Below, piece by piece: positions 38,794 to 54,984 of a stretch of DNA of 64,000 nt. The notes below the pieces were generated by a model. The model was not told the origin of the DNA. It saw only the letters and a list, made by a program, of their open reading frames with translations, and made no database searches. This DNA comes from Dendrobates tinctorius (taxonomy: Eukaryota). The position numbers and the translations under genes were made by a program. The DNA lies in NCBI RefSeq assembly GCF_039654945.1, contig NW_027361810.1, positions 3,162,001-3,226,000 on the forward strand. Direction: 5' to 3'. Within the stretch, counting starts at the first letter, position 1; each line of letters starts with the position of its first letter.

Positions 38794-40214
38794 CGCCTGC
38801 ACAGATAGAACAAATATCCAGAAATATTTGATCTATACAGAATTTCAGCCTCCAGATGGACAGGAAAATCTTCCAATTCACTGACAATACGAAGAAATCT
38901 TGAGACCCTGAGGAATAGAAAAAAAACACTATTAGAAAATTGTATGTGAATATCCTTGGACTGGAAGAGTGATACAATGTGGCGTCAATACTTTGTAACA
39001 TATTGTATTTAATACATCATTGTAAACAATTATTTCCTGGATTTGCAGCGTGTTCACCAGTGCGGTGACACTTCTGCTATAAATATGTGGTTTTTTTGGT
39101 GAGTTGTTTTTTTGCGGGGGAGGTTCCTTTATTTCCTCATCTTCCCCTGCGACATTCAGACAAATGGCGTTATTATGCGTCCTCCCAGGACGATGCGGCT
39201 CCCTGCAGAACCTTCCTTTACTATAATTACTTAGGGGAAAAAACAAAAGAAGAAACTTCCATCGCAGCGTCTTGTGAGGAGCGAGATTTCCATCCAGCGA
39301 AAAGCTGTAATTAGGACCCAGGGATGGGAAGTCTCCGCTGGGCTGGAGGATGGGAGTCCGCGCATGCAGATGACTTGGAGGGATAAACTCTGCAATTTTC
39401 TTGTATCCTCGGGAAAAGTCGCCTCCGTCTTCCCTGCCTGTGGGGTCCGGATTAATGCTGCTGTCACAGTCTCATCGCTTTCCCTTTGGGACGGACTGAC
39501 GGTGCCTTGGGCTTCGTTCCCGCTCCCTCCTAACACCAGTAGTGTTGTCATCCGGCTGTAGCTGTCTCCGGATGTTTCAGGCGCCTACAGGCATCATTTA
39601 TGTGTCAGTGATAATCCCAGACTAGTAGTGCTAATACAGGCGGCAGGTTTGTTACAGTGTACCAGTGTTAGGCCACAATACACATCAGATAGCAGCCGGC
39701 AGCGATATCGGCGACATCCTCCGTATACAGGAGCCTCCAGGCGCTGCGGTGTCCTGCGGGAGAGAGCGGCTTCCACAGAGAACAAAAAGGTCATCCGTCA
39801 GAAACCAACTTACTGGACAGTTCACGCACCGATATTGGCTGATTTTGTAGACTTTAGTCTAATGGAGTCTAATGGCAGGTGAAAGAACTGATATATTGTA
39901 ACAAAGCACCAGCTGTGAGAGCAAAACTAGTCAGGCTGGCTGCTGTGAATGTGACAAATGCTTTCATCGCTGAAAGATACAACTAGTGGAGACAGGCGAG
40001 AGACTTCTCCTTAGGACTGAAATTGTAGCAAACTAGCAAACCCCCTGACTGTAAAGATATTAGGTCTGTACTAGGTTTAAGTAAAAAGATCTGCAGGAAC
40101 CAGGTCCAGCGGCCATGTGGGTAGTCTACAGCAGCCGAGCCAGAGCCCTCTGTTCTTGGGCCCTCTAGTCGCCTGATTTGTGGGCCACCGCTACATCGCG
40201 TGTCGCGCTGCAAC

Positions 40215-40975
40215 ATAATGACCCTGGGCTCTGGTGCGGCGGCCACAGCCTATGGGCTACGAGGTGTCATGGGTGCCAGCAGGTCGGAGGAAGCTCACAG
40301 GGCCCTGGTGTGGTGGCCAAGGGCTGCGAGGTGTCGTGGATGCCAGTAGGTTGGAGGAGGCTCCAAAGGTTTTGCTGCAGCAGCCATGGGCTGCGAGGTG
40401 TTGTGGATGTCGGCTCGTCTGAGGAGGCTCCCAGGGCTCTGGTGTACTGGCGATGGGCTACGAGGTGTTGTGGATGCCGGTTCGTCAGAGGAGGCTCCCA
40501 GGGCTCTGGTGTGGTGGCCAAGGGCTACGAGGTGTCATGGGTGCCAGCAGGTCGGAGGAAGCTCACAGGGCCCTGGTGTGGTGGCCAAGGGCTACAAGGT
40601 GTCATGGATGCCAGTAGGTTGGAGGAGGCTCCAAAGGTTTGTGTGGCAGCCATGGGCTACGAGGTGTTGTGGATGCCGGCTCCTCTGAGGAGGCTCCCAG
40701 GGCTCTGGTGTGGTGGCCATAGGCTATGAGGTGTCGTGGATGCCAGCAGGTCAGAGGAGGCTCCCAGGGCTCTGGTGTACTGGCCATGGGCTACGAGGTG
40801 TTGTGGATGCCGGCTCGTCTGAGGAGGCTCCCAGGGCTCTGGAGCGGCAGCCCTGGGCTTTGGAGCGGCGGCCCTGGGCTTTGGAGTGGCGGACCAGGGC
40901 TACAAAGTGTTGTTGATGCCAGCAGGTCGGAGGAGGCTCCCAGGGCTCTGGTGCGGCATCCATGGGCTACTGATG
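40215..40975. repeat. 67-bp tandem repeat with a 268-bp (4-mer) higher-order period
   Basis: ccagggctctggtgt at 40431 and 40498; gaggtgtcatgggtgccagcaggtcggaggaagctcac at 40261 and 40529. Confidence 0.8.
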
Positions 40976-41353
40976 TGGCTGGACCAGGGACCTGTCTGTT
41001 AGTCCGGAGTCACACTACTGTAGAATATGGACGAGTGCTATGCGAGAAAACATCACATGGGGCAGCTCACATCACCGTTTATTTTCTCGGGCGTATTCAA
41101 CGTGCGTGTAAAATCACAGCATGCTGCGATTGTCACTGAGACTCGGCTGAGACTCGCCAATGCAAACCTATGGCTGTGAGAAAAAAAAATCGCACAGCAC
41201 TCAGACCATGTGAGTGCTGTACCACGATTATTACGCACCGGTGAACCTTTGAAAAGCCGGCAATTCATGTGTCGCATACAGTAAAATCACACTGAGAGGT
41301 TTTTAAAGAATAGATATATGCACATAGAATACATAGATGTATAGATGTCAGTG

Positions 41354-41395
<42 letters not shown>

Positions 41396-42495
41396 TGTAT
41401 ATATATTACATACATAGAGAGATACAAGAAAAGCCGGCAATTCATCTGCCGCGTTCTGTAAAATCACAGGATGTAGCAGAGATAGACCCATCGTGGGACT
41501 AATGGATTGAAAGCATCTCTGCAGAAAGGTGAGGAATACTGTTGTTTTTTTTACCCCCCTTCAGCTGACAAGGGCAACGGGGGGGATGGGCGAGGTCGTA
41601 AGTATGGTTTAATTAAGAATATTAAAGGAGTCTGTGTCTTTCTTTCAGCTTAAGGACTTTTTTCTGGGTGTCTACGTTTTCTTACAATCTGACTATGGGG
41701 TTAGTAATAGGGGTGTCTTATTGAAGCTTTGCCATTACTAACCTCGGGGCTTGTTGCCCCCTGACAGTACAAAGGTGACATCAACTCCCCCAACTATCAC
41801 CCCACTTGCCGCCGCTACATGGCAAGTAGGAAGAGTGAGGCTAAGTGCATCTCTAAGATGCGCCTTTTCTGGGGCGCCAGAGAGCTGATGTTTTTAGCCT
41901 GGGGAGCCAGTATCCATGTCCCCTTCCTAGGCTATCAATATCAGCCGGCAGCTATCTGCATAGGCTTTGCTGGCTATTAATTATAGGGGGACCCCACGTC
42001 ATTTTTTGGGGGTCCCTCATTTTAATAACCAGTAAAGGCTAAATATACAGCTGTGAGCTGATATTAATAGCCTGGGAAACTCCATGGGTATTACTCTCTT
42101 CCCAGGCCCCCAGCCGTCAGCTTTCCCTCTGCTGGTTACGAAAATTGCACGGGAGCCCACATAATTTTTTTCCTAAAAATAATCTTTTATTAAATACATG
42201 TACAGTAATTTGCACACACACATATCTATCTATCTATTCTATGTGTATTTATTGTATGTAATCCATCTCTTCTATCCTGTCGGCTCCTGCAGTGATTTTA
42301 CAGAACACGACAGATGAATTGCCGGCTTTTCTTCTACCTATCTATGTAAAATATATATTCATATATATACACACACACATTCATTCTATGTGTATATATC
42401 TGTTCTGTCTATTCTATTCTAACTTGTTACTCTGTGATTTTACTGTACGCGGCAGATGAATTGCCGGCTTTTAATCTAGCTACCTATTGTGTATA

Positions 42496-44129
<1,634 letters not shown>

Positions 44130-44139
44130 TATATAGAGA

Positions 44140-44535
44140 GAGAATGAATACAGCAGCACTTGTCCATGAATCTAGGCCATGTGAAAACACAGAACAACAT
44201 TAAAACCATTCAGTTTAGATAATAATGCATTGGCCGCAATCAGCTCTACCTGCCCATAGGCTTAGCCCGGTTGTGACATGTTTGTCCAAAATTGTAGGCT
44301 GGTGGCCCAGAAGTGGCTTATGTACGGTAGAGCAGGGATCCATCAGGGGAGGTCACCTTGCCGTGGTTGATGGGCTTACATGAATTGGCCAATTTGTGCG
44401 CTAAGAACCTTCATTTTCATCTTACTGAAAAAAATATTTTTGAGGATTATTATCTAAATTGAATAGTTTTAATGTTTTTCTGTGTTTTCACATGGCCTAG
44501 ATTCATGCACATGTGCTGCTGTATTCTTTTTCTCT
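44140..44535. mobile_element. Foldback element with ~80-bp inverted arms
   Basis: aatacagcagcacttgtccatgaatctaggccatgtgaaaacacag.. mirrored by ..ctgtgttttcacatggcctagattcatgcacatgtgctgctgtatt. Confidence 0.7.
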
Positions 44536-44607
44536 ATATTGTGCAGTTTTTGCAGCTTGCACGTGTTCACACTAGGAGGTGCTGGTCGTTTTTCTCTCTC
44601 TCTCTCT

Positions 44608-44654
<47 letters not shown>

Positions 44655-44657
<3 letters not shown>

Positions 44658-44869
44658 GGTGGGCCATTTATATGGATACACCTGGGCGGGTCATTGGGTC
44701 ATTTATAACGATGCAATCCAAAATGGCCGACTTCAGAATGGCCGCCATGGTCACCACCCATCTTGAAAAGTTTCCCCCCTCCCGTATACTAATATGCCAC
44801 AAACAGGGAGTTGATATCACCAACCGTTCCCATTTTATTTAGGTGTCTCCATATACATGGCCCACCCTG
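44655..44869. mobile_element. Tc1/mariner-type MITE (215 bp) in a (TA)n tract
   Basis: TA|cagggtgggccatttatatggatacacct .. aggtgtctccatatacatggcccaccctg|TA. Confidence 0.85.
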
Positions 44870-45104
44870 TATGTATATATACTGTATATATATATATATA
44901 TACATAATGTGTGGGTTTTGAAGAATATTTCCTCTGGAAACGATGTGTAAATGACAGAGAATTGCTGTATGTAAAAGCTCATGTTAAAATCGCATTGCGG
45001 TCGGATGCTAAGTGTGAAAAATCCGATTGTCCTCGCCTGACACTGGCGCGACTCTCAGCAGGGAGTCTCCGATTTTCCATCCGCGGAGTGTGAATCCGGC
45101 CTTA

Positions 45105-45225
45105 GGTTATGTCACCACAATGAGCTTTTCATGTTGCAGATTTTCTGCCCCCATTAAGGAAAATAGGTTACTTGCATTTTTTTCAAAAATACGCAGCGTA
45201 GAAAACTCATCGTGGGAACGTGGCC
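45105..45225. mobile_element. Short Harbinger-type MITE abutting the large element
   Basis: tta|ggttatgtcaccacaatgag .. ctcatcgtgggaacgtggcc|taa. Confidence 0.5.
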
Positions 45226-46512
45226 TAAGAGCTTCAGTTGCTTGATGTTCTGATTCGCTGACAGCAAGCAGAGAATGGTGAGGATTTAATAAAGCACAAG
45301 ATGGTGTCTTTACAGAATGATTACACCCGAGAGCTGATGGCGTCACAGGATGGCAATCGGTAACATGTTCTGCCATAGTCACATGTGCGGCACCTGGGAA
45401 GGGTCTATCCCTCTGTTCATCCAGAGCCTCCTGATTCCTGAACAGATCGTGAGGACTGCAGTGATGTCTGACACAGGAGGAGAGGCGGCTCTATGTGTCC
45501 TCATAGTGAACTACAGTCCATTAATCCAGTAATCCGGCCTCACACTGACACCCGAGGATGCAAGAAGTAAATTCTACCATGTCCGGAGCCACGGAGACGC
45601 CGCGGAACGTGTACGGTTCGCTCTAGAACGTTACCTTTCGCTCTTCTGACAATTTTCCTGAACGTCCTTCATATACGAGAACCCGAGGCGGCGTTAATAT
45701 TTCTTGCTGAGCTGTGGAGATGACGTCTCTAAATATAGCAGATTAATGTGTGTTATAGGACATTGCCGGCCGCGGGCGAGGTGTCCGAGCGATGGAATCC
45801 TGCTTTACCGGCTGCGGTGTTAACCCCACCACTGCTGCACTCTGTAGAGCAACTGGTGGTGCAAGGGTTAAGATTGAAAGCCGATAAATGAAGAGGCAGA
45901 AATGATCTACAATGTATCGGGGTACGTCAGCACCACTTATTGTCCATGGTTGTGCCGCAGGTGTAATACCACACAAGACCTGTGGAAAGGGGAGGCGCTG
46001 TGCTTAGAAGGAAGCAACCTTGTATGTCTTATTCTGAATGAACCCTTTAGGGGGTGAGGTATCTAGGAAGATGGGGTGCAAGCCCCCCTATATACAGAAG
46101 CACAGACTCTATAGCCCTGGGTCTGTTAGTTCCGGATGGAGACGTCCAGAATCTGCACTTGGTCCCCAATACTCATAAGGAGCGCGGCCGGGACAGCTCG
46201 TGTGCTAGAACAGTGCCCAGCCGCTGTATTTAGAGGGGGTTCCACTTCTAGTTAAACATTGTAGATCTCAATGATCTGATACATGGACATCCGAACTGGG
46301 CCTTAGAAGTGTTCGCATAACTAAGGGGGCGTCTGACGGGCCCCGACCTTAGCACCACTGGGAACGACATCTGCAGTGCGGGGGCTCAGAATCACTGGCT
46401 TCTGGCACCGGGGGCCGCCACATTGATTGTCACAGATTTTCTCACAGACCCAGCGGAGGACACATAAGGGGCCCCTGTGCAGAACAATAATAATTGGGAG
46501 GTGGATGTGGCC

Positions 46513-46715
46513 CCTCACCTCTTGGGCCCCTGTGCACCGATGGTATGTCCGCCCCACACAGACCTCACCTTTTGGGCCCCCGCACAGACCTCACCTCTTG
46601 GGCCCCCGCACAGACCTCACCTCTTGGGCCCCCCGCACAGACCTCACCTCTTGGGCCCCCGCACAGACCTCACCTCTTGGGCCCCCCGCACAGACCTCAC
46701 CTCTTGGGCCCCTGT
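46513..46715. repeat. 26-27-bp minisatellite (cacagacctcacctcttgggcccccg)n
   Basis: About 7 copies; one more partial unit lies beyond the Tc1 at ~47935. Confidence 0.85.
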
Positions 46716-46727
46716 GCACCAATGGTT

Positions 46728-47916
<1,189 letters not shown>

Positions 47917-47957
47917 TATGTCCGCCCCTGCATAGGCCTCACATCTTGGGTCCCTGC

Positions 47958-49468
47958 ATGTGTACGACCCTTGTGTTGTATGTGTACAATCCGTGTACGA
48001 TCCGTGTGCTGTATGTGTACGATCCGTGTGTTGTACCTGTACGACCCGTGTGCTGTATGTGTACAATCCGTGTGTTATACCTGTACGATCCGTGTACGAT
48101 CCGTGTGTTATACCTGTACGATCCGTGTGTTGTACCTGTACGATCCGTGTGCTGTATGTGTACGATCCGTGTGCTGTATGTGTACAATCCGTGTGTTGTA
48201 CCTGTACGACCCGTGTGCTGTATGTGTACGATCCGTGTGTTATACCTGTACGATCCGTGTACGATCCGTGTGTTATACCTGTACGATCCGTGTGTTGTAC
48301 CTGTACGATCCGTGTACGACCCGTGTGCTGTATGTGTACGATCCGTGTGTTGTACCTGTACGATCCATGTACGATCCGTATGCTGTATGTGTAAGATCCG
48401 TGTGTCGTACCTGTACGATCCGTGTACGATCCGTATGCTGTATGTGTAAGATCCGTGTGTCATACCTGTATGATCCGTGTACGATCCGTATGCTGTATGT
48501 GTAAGATCCGTGTGTCATACCTGTACGATCCGTATGCTGTATGTGTAAGATCCGTGTGTCATACCTGTACGATCCGTGTGTTGTACCTGTACGACCCGTG
48601 TGCTGTATGTGTACGATCCGTGTGTCATACCTGTACGATCCGTGTGTTGTACCTGTACGACCCGTGTGCTGTATGTGTACGATCCGTGTGTCATACCTGT
48701 ACGATCCGTGTGTTGTACCTGTACGACCCGTGTGCTGTATGTGTACGATCCGTGTGTCATACCTGTACGATCCGTGTGTTGTACCTGTACGATCCGTGTA
48801 CGACCCGTGTGCTGTATGTGTACGATCCGTGTGTTGTACCTGTACGATCCGTGTACGATCCGTATGCTGTATGTGTACGATCCGTATGCTGTATGTGTAA
48901 GATCCGTGTGTCATACCTGTACGATCCGTGTGTTGTACCTGTACGACCCGTGTGCTGTATGTGTACGATCCGTGTGTTGTACCTGTACGATCCGTGTACG
49001 ACCCGTGTGCTGTATGTGTACGATCCGTGTGTTGTACCTGTACGATCCGTGTACGATCCGTATGCTGTATGTGTACGATCCGTATGCTGTATGTGTAAGA
49101 TCCGTGTGTCATACCTGTACGATCCGTGTGTTGTACCTGTACGACCCGTATGCTGTATGTGTACGATCCGTGTGTCATACCTGTACGATCCGTGTGTTGT
49201 ACCTGTACGATCCGTGTACGACCCGTGTGCTGTATGTGTACGATCCGTGTGTTGTACCTGTACGATCCGTGTACGATCCGTATGCTGTATGTGTACGATC
49301 CGTATGCTGTATGTGTAAGATCCGTGTGTCATACCTGTACGATCCATGTGCTGTATGTGTAAGATCCGTGTGTCATACCTGTACGATCCGTGTGTTGTAC
49401 CTGTACGACCCGTGTGCTGTATGTGTACGATCCGTGTGTTGCACCCGTACGATCCGTGTGCTGTACAT
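47958..49468. repeat. 22-bp minisatellite with 11-bp subunits (gtacgatccgt-gtgctgtatgt / -gtgttgtacct)
   Basis: About 70 mixed units, CpG-rich. Confidence 0.95.
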
Positions 49469-49755
49469 GTTTCACATTGCAATGTATAGGAGAAGCTTTT
49501 TTATTTCTGTTTTTTTATCCATACTGGAAAAACACTAGTGACAGACAGATGGCAAACACTGGTGACACCAGTATCGGTTTTTCACATAGGTGTCTTCCAT
49601 GGACGTGTGACGAGGGCCTTACAGAGTATCTGGAGGATGAATGTAATTGTAGCAGCCCCTCAGCTGTGAGCAGACACTGTATATTCGACATTTGTAGAAC
49701 TTCTCCTACCACTAAGAAACCAGAGCGGCCGATGGCGACATTGCGAAGCTGCCGA

Positions 49756-49761
49756 TTTATT
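49756..49761 (-). terminator. Polyadenylation signal AATAAA of the fibrinogen-domain gene
   Basis: tttatt on plus strand, ~115 nt past the stop codon. Confidence 0.6.
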
Positions 49762-49875
49762 GTTACACTGTAATCACATGGAATCAGGGGAGATCTGGTC
49801 CGGAGCAACATTTCTGCTGTGGGGGCCTCACACGTGGGGGCGGATGATTTACGACTGGCTGTAATGATTGGGGTA

Positions 49876-50555
49876 CTACTCCCCGGCTCCGGGCAGCGGT
49901 TGGCGGGAGCAGTTCTTCCTGCCTGGCTTCACCATGATACTCGAGGCCCGGCAGGTCCGGTTCTGGTCACACAGACCCCCCCAGTACATGGTGCCATCAG
50001 TATTGAGCAGAGCGGAGTGGCAACTGTCGAACCACCACCCTCCTCCATAGGCCTCTGCGCAGTTCTTGCTCCAGCGGTCATTGTCTCTGTCTATGGTGGA
50101 GAACTTCATGTTGTCATGGGTCCCTGACTCATTTATGGTGGTCAGGGCGTCCCCCGCATCCCCGGAGTAGTCCCCCAACCTCAGGCTGTAGTCGTTCCCC
50201 TCACTGTCCACCCTGAAGCTAGAATAGTCGGCATGGTATTTGTTACCCTGTCCGTCGACCAGCAGGATCCTGACCATGAAGGGGCTGTGCTTGGTAAGGT
50301 GGTGGATCAGGTCATTACCCAACCAGTGGTCCCCCGTCAGATCACCGAAGCCATTTCTGTACTGGTCCCAGTTATGAGACCCAAAAGCCATGGAGGCCTG
50401 CAGCGAGTTCCTCTGCAGGATGGTCCAGCCAGCCCCCTCCGGACTCAGGTCACAGTACGCCACCATTGGCGGGGAGGCCTTAGGCCACAGCACATACAGC
50501 CCACTGGTCCGTCTCATGTTCAGGTAAGCCGCTCTGCAATCTTTGGCCACAAGTT
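49876..50555 (-). CDS. Fibrinogen-like protein 1-like protein, last coding exon (entire fibrinogen C-terminal/FReD domain)
   Basis: Acceptor tcatctttttcttag|AA, phase 1; KDC..SGLY..AYCD..GAGWTILQR..W..Y..GFG..HWLGN..YSLRLGDYSGDAGDAL..MKFST.DRDND..NCA..GGGWWFDSC..LN; TAG stop at 49878-49876. Confidence 0.93.
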
Positions 50556-50641
50556 CTAAGAAAAAGATGAAAAAACTTATATGTAATGTTTAAATACACA
50601 AAAGAATAAGTCATTTCTGCTTCAATCACACATGGATGTGA

Positions 50642-51074
50642 GGCTGCGGTCACACCGCCGTGTTATCGATTCAAGCGCTGACCATGAAAAGTGGGTCTAT
50701 GGGTGCCCGAGAAAAGAATCGTCGCTCATGCGGACCACCCGTCCAGCATCCGATATTCACAGATAGGCCGGGGTCCTATTAGTGCATGACATCGGATGCG
50801 AGAGCTAATGACCCTCAGCTGCTGCGAGCGTGAGCCGAGCGTCCGTGCTCCGGTATCGCCGCACAGCGGTCATTTTTCCATCTCCTCCATTGCCGGCACA
50901 CGGGGTGACATCCGAGTGCAGTGCGATGTATCACTCACACCCCTAGACTTGTAGAAGTGCGAGCGGTCCGACTCTCGGGTGTAATCGCAGCGTGCTGCCG
51001 AATCGGCAGGAGAAGATACAGATGTGATCGGCCCCAGAGAGGAACATTGGGGCGATCGCATGTGGAATGAGCCC
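50642..51074. mobile_element. Harbinger-type MITE in intron 2
   Basis: ggctgcggtcacac .. tgtggaatgagccc imperfect termini; internal text typical of the same family seen elsewhere in the window. Confidence 0.5.
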
Positions 51075-51314
51075 ACACATTGTCATTTATCACAGGAAAC
51101 GGTTCTCGTAAATGTTACTGACCGCTGATGTAGGAAGGGCGGCAGCAGACTAAAGATGAATGAGAAATTGTATGGATGAAAAAACGAAACTGTTTTTATC
51201 CGCTCCCGTGAACTTTCCTTTGATCTCAGCATATGAGACAAAAATCGTTTTTTTCTCCGGTGTCGTCCTTGTTGTTTCTGTTTTTTTCACTCCAGAGCAC
51301 GACGCGTCTCCTGT

Positions 51315-51490
51315 GCGCCAATCAGCCTGATGAAGGGACGTAAGCAGGCCCGAAAGCTTGCTTTGTAACAACATTCACTATTATTTGTTAGCCATTTAAA
51401 GGTATCATACCCACAAGATTCCTATTTTGTTTCTCTCACTGAGAGCACTTTATATATTTTTTTCTACTGGCTAACACGGTACCAAACCAC
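51315..51490 (+). mobile_element. Penelope-like pLTR fragment with a minimal hammerhead-ribozyme core
   Basis: agc-CTGATGA-a-ggg..ccc-GAAA-gctt-gct (51324-51362), followed by gttagccatttaaaggtatca and its partial inverse actggctaacacggtac. Confidence 0.5.
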
Positions 51491-52148
51491 TTTTTTCGTT
51501 TTACTATATGGATCCCCAGAGACGTTAATGGCCGAGGCCGAACAGCAAAACGGATGAGAACGAGCGCCGAGTCTCACGGACTGGTATTTATAACCGATGG
51601 GTCCGAGGAAAAAACAGACCGCACCGGGATGTGTCACCCGGACGTGTTCTCGGGCTATGTTCACACACGGCGTTTTGCTGCATATTTTACGCATTGTATT
51701 TGGTAAGACGTGCAGCATTTTACAGAACCATTTCTGGACTCTCTGCGTTTTTTCGTGTGTATTTTGAGTCCGGATGTATGATATCAATTCATTCAGTGTT
51801 TTTTGCAGCGCTTTTAACCCTTTAAAAATGAATAAGTAAAAAATGCAAACAAACAAAAAAAAGACTAAAACAAAATTTGTATTGTACGCAGCACTTTTCC
51901 AGCCACTACTGTCATTATTGGTGCAGAAAAAAAGACAGAAAAAATGCATGTGAGGATAGACTAGTTACAATGTACCCAAACCTCTAGCCACAACCAGAGC
52001 TGCATTTATAATTCTGCCCGTTTGCTGTGATTAGATGCAGCAGGAGTTCAGTGCACAGTTATATACAGTAGTTAGAGCTGAGCTGTTACATCATTCTGGC
52101 AAATTTGTGAATGCAGCTTTGGAGGTGACTGGAGCATCAGCCACATAA

Positions 52149-54229
52149 GACTATGTGCACACCGTGCGGATTCTACTGCGGATCTGCAGCGTTTCAGGCT
52201 CTGTGGGTCTGCAGCAGTTTCTGCTGCGTTGTACAGTACCATTGTTTTCAATGGTAAAACCAAAAACGCTGTGCACATGCTGCGGATCTTTCCACGCGGA
52301 TTTGCTGCGGGTTACAATCCACAGCATGTCAATTCTTTGTGCGGATTCCGCTGCGGTTTCACACCTCGTCCATTGTAGAGGTCTGAAACCGCAGGTATTT
52401 TGACCTGCGGATTTTTCAAAAACCGTGCAGAAAAATCCACAGCACTTCCAACTACGGTTGCTCATAGCCTTAGGCTGCGTGCCCATGATCGTGTATTCTC
52501 TAATCACACAGTCTACTGCATGGAATGATTGGCTATGGAGGAAACGACGCGTCTCCGTTGCTGAAATTACCGTTCTGCGGTTTGTAATCCTGCGGGGAGT
52601 GTGCGCAGCGGTAAATCGGAGCACTGTGGGATTTCTATAAATCCATCCACTGAGCTTGGGATGTAGAACGCAGCAGTTTGGAAGCAGCAAATGTTTTTTA
52701 TGCAAATTTTCAGCTGCGTTTTACAGTAAAGTCTATGAACTGTCAGAAATCTCCCGCTCTTGGGTTTTGGCCTCAGGACTTTGGGCTTTGCATGTTTTAT
52801 TGCAGAATAGAGCATTGGTGGTGAAAAAACGCAGGGGTCCGGTTTTGCTGTATTTTTTGGGCCAAAACCTTATGAAGTAGAATATGATTTTCTTTTTCAC
52901 TAAACTTTATCAGCACAAGAGACAAACGTAACATGACAAAAATGCAACATAAAAAAAAAACGCAAAACTTGCTTTTTTCTGCAGCTTCTTTACTCCCAAG
53001 AAAGCAGGATTTGGTGCAGAAAAAAAATGCAGCAAAGAGACCACGTGTGAACACAGCCTAAGGGTATGTGCACACGTTGCGTTTTACCTGCAGATTTAGT
53101 GCAGATTTACTGCGGATTCCTATAATGGAAGAGGTGTAAAAACGCAGCGGAATCTGCACAAAGAATTGACATGCTGTGGATTCAAATCCGCAGCAAATCT
53201 GCGTGGAGAAATCCGCAGCATGTGCACTGCCTATTGCATGTTACATAGACTTTAATGGTACTGTACAACGCCGCAGAATCTGCAGCGTGTGAACACAGCC
53301 TAAGGCTACGTGCACACGCTGCGGATTGGGGTGCGGATTTGGCCGCCCGGATTTTGTAAAATCCACATGTAAATCTGCAGGCCAAAATACCTTTGGTTTT
53401 ACCTGCGGATTGCTCTGCGGTTTTGCCCTGCGGTTTTTCATCTCCACAATGGAGGAGATGGCAAACCGCAGCGGAATCCGCAGAAAGAATCGACATGTCA
53501 ATTGTTTCTGCCGTTTAGAAACCGCAGGAAAACTGTGCGGAAAAATCTGCACCGTCTGCACTGCGATTTTTAATATCCATAGGATATTATGGTACTGTAC
53601 ACCGCAGCAGAATCCGCAGCGTGTGCACACAGCCTTAGGGTGAGTGCACATGACGTCTTTTAGATGTTCACAAACCCACTCAGTTTTCACACACCTGCGC
53701 CTCTAACATCTTTGCACTTGTTTCGCTTTTTGCGGTTTCTTTAGTTGCCAGCGTTTTTTTTTGTATAATATAAACCAGCGATCGGGTCCAAGCAGAAGAC
53801 GCCTGAAAACAGGACACTTCTTTAACCATTTATCGTCTTTGGACGCCTGCACAGAGCCTGAACGTGTGAACAGCGAGTGGCTCTTCTATATAGATTCTCT
53901 GTAGCATTGATTCAGCACTTACGCTGTGTGCACACGCTGCGGATTTTGCTGCGGTTCCGCAGCGGTTTTGGCTGCTGCGGACCCGCAGCAGTTTTTGCTG
54001 CGGTGTACAGTACCATGATTCCCTATGGGAATCAAAAACCGCAGTGCAGACGGTGCGGAATTTTCCGCGCGGATTATCTGCGGTTTTCAATCCGCAGAAA
54101 GAATTGACATGTCAATTCTTTCTGCGGATTCCGCTGCGGTTTGCCATCTCCTCCATTGAGGAGATGAATAACCGCAGGGCAAAACCGCAGGTAAAACCGC
54201 AGGTAAAACCGCAGCGTGTGCACACAGCC
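52149..54229. mobile_element. Chain of Harbinger-type MITEs (52149-52469, 52473-53058, 53062-53300, 53304-53634, 53638-~53875, 53922-54229)
   Basis: Each begins ggctaYgtgcacacg-like and ends cgtgtgMacacagcc-like; the first five are separated by a single TAA/TTA. Confidence 0.8.
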
Positions 54230-54324
54230 TTAGTGTATCGGCCCGCACCGCTCGGCGGTCGCTCCCTCATCACCGGAGGAGACGTCGTCCTATGTGTGAC
54301 CCAACTGACGATGGTGGCACTCAC

Positions 54325-54502
54325 CTCGGAGCACCCCGGCCGCCGGCACATTGTGCAGCTGCTGCAGCTGTGCGAGGCTCAGCACGTGTCTGTTAGCGAG
54401 CTGGGAATATAACTCTGCCCGGGACACGAAGGTGAAAGCTTCACATCTCACAAGGGTCCAGGTGAGCAGGACGCCCAGGACAAAGGGCCACCGAGGAGTC
54501 AT
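54325..54502 (-). CDS. Fibrinogen-like protein 1-like protein, first coding exon (signal peptide + short N-terminal segment)
   Basis: Acceptor ttctgtgttctcctcag|GATG; MTPRWPFVLGVLLTWTLVRCEAF.. hydrophobic leader; donor GAG|GTGAGT; 178 nt (phase 1) splices in frame to 50555 giving ..GVLR-E-LVAKDC, 285 aa in total. Confidence 0.88.
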
Positions 54503-54984
54503 CCTGAGGAGAACACAGAACAGGTATCATGGCAATCAGCTCTAGACAAAACCTGCGCTTGCTGTCAGTGAATAGGAACATCAGAGGCTGAAAACCTATC
54601 CAGACCTAATGTCTGTCACAGCTGAGGGTTTGTAACAATTATATCCAGTCTGGATAACGTGCTCTGAGAGAAACACAGCAGCAGCAAGACTGCACCTGTG
54701 CTGATGGTTTGTTACAATGTATCCATGGTGGTAAAACGCAGCAGCTTCAAGTGGCGGCTCACAGAGCATTGCTGGAACTGGATGCAACTGTAGCAAATGC
54801 CCAGCTGTGAGCTATGTTAGTCTGTGCGCAGCCTCTGGATATAGACTAGAATGGGGCAGATGTACTAAACCTGACGAGCCAGAACAACGCTGCAACCGTG
54901 TTCACACGTAGCGGAAATGCTGCAGTTTTTTAATGAAGAAAATCTGCATTTTAACAGACAAGAAAAACAGATGTGATTTCATCT

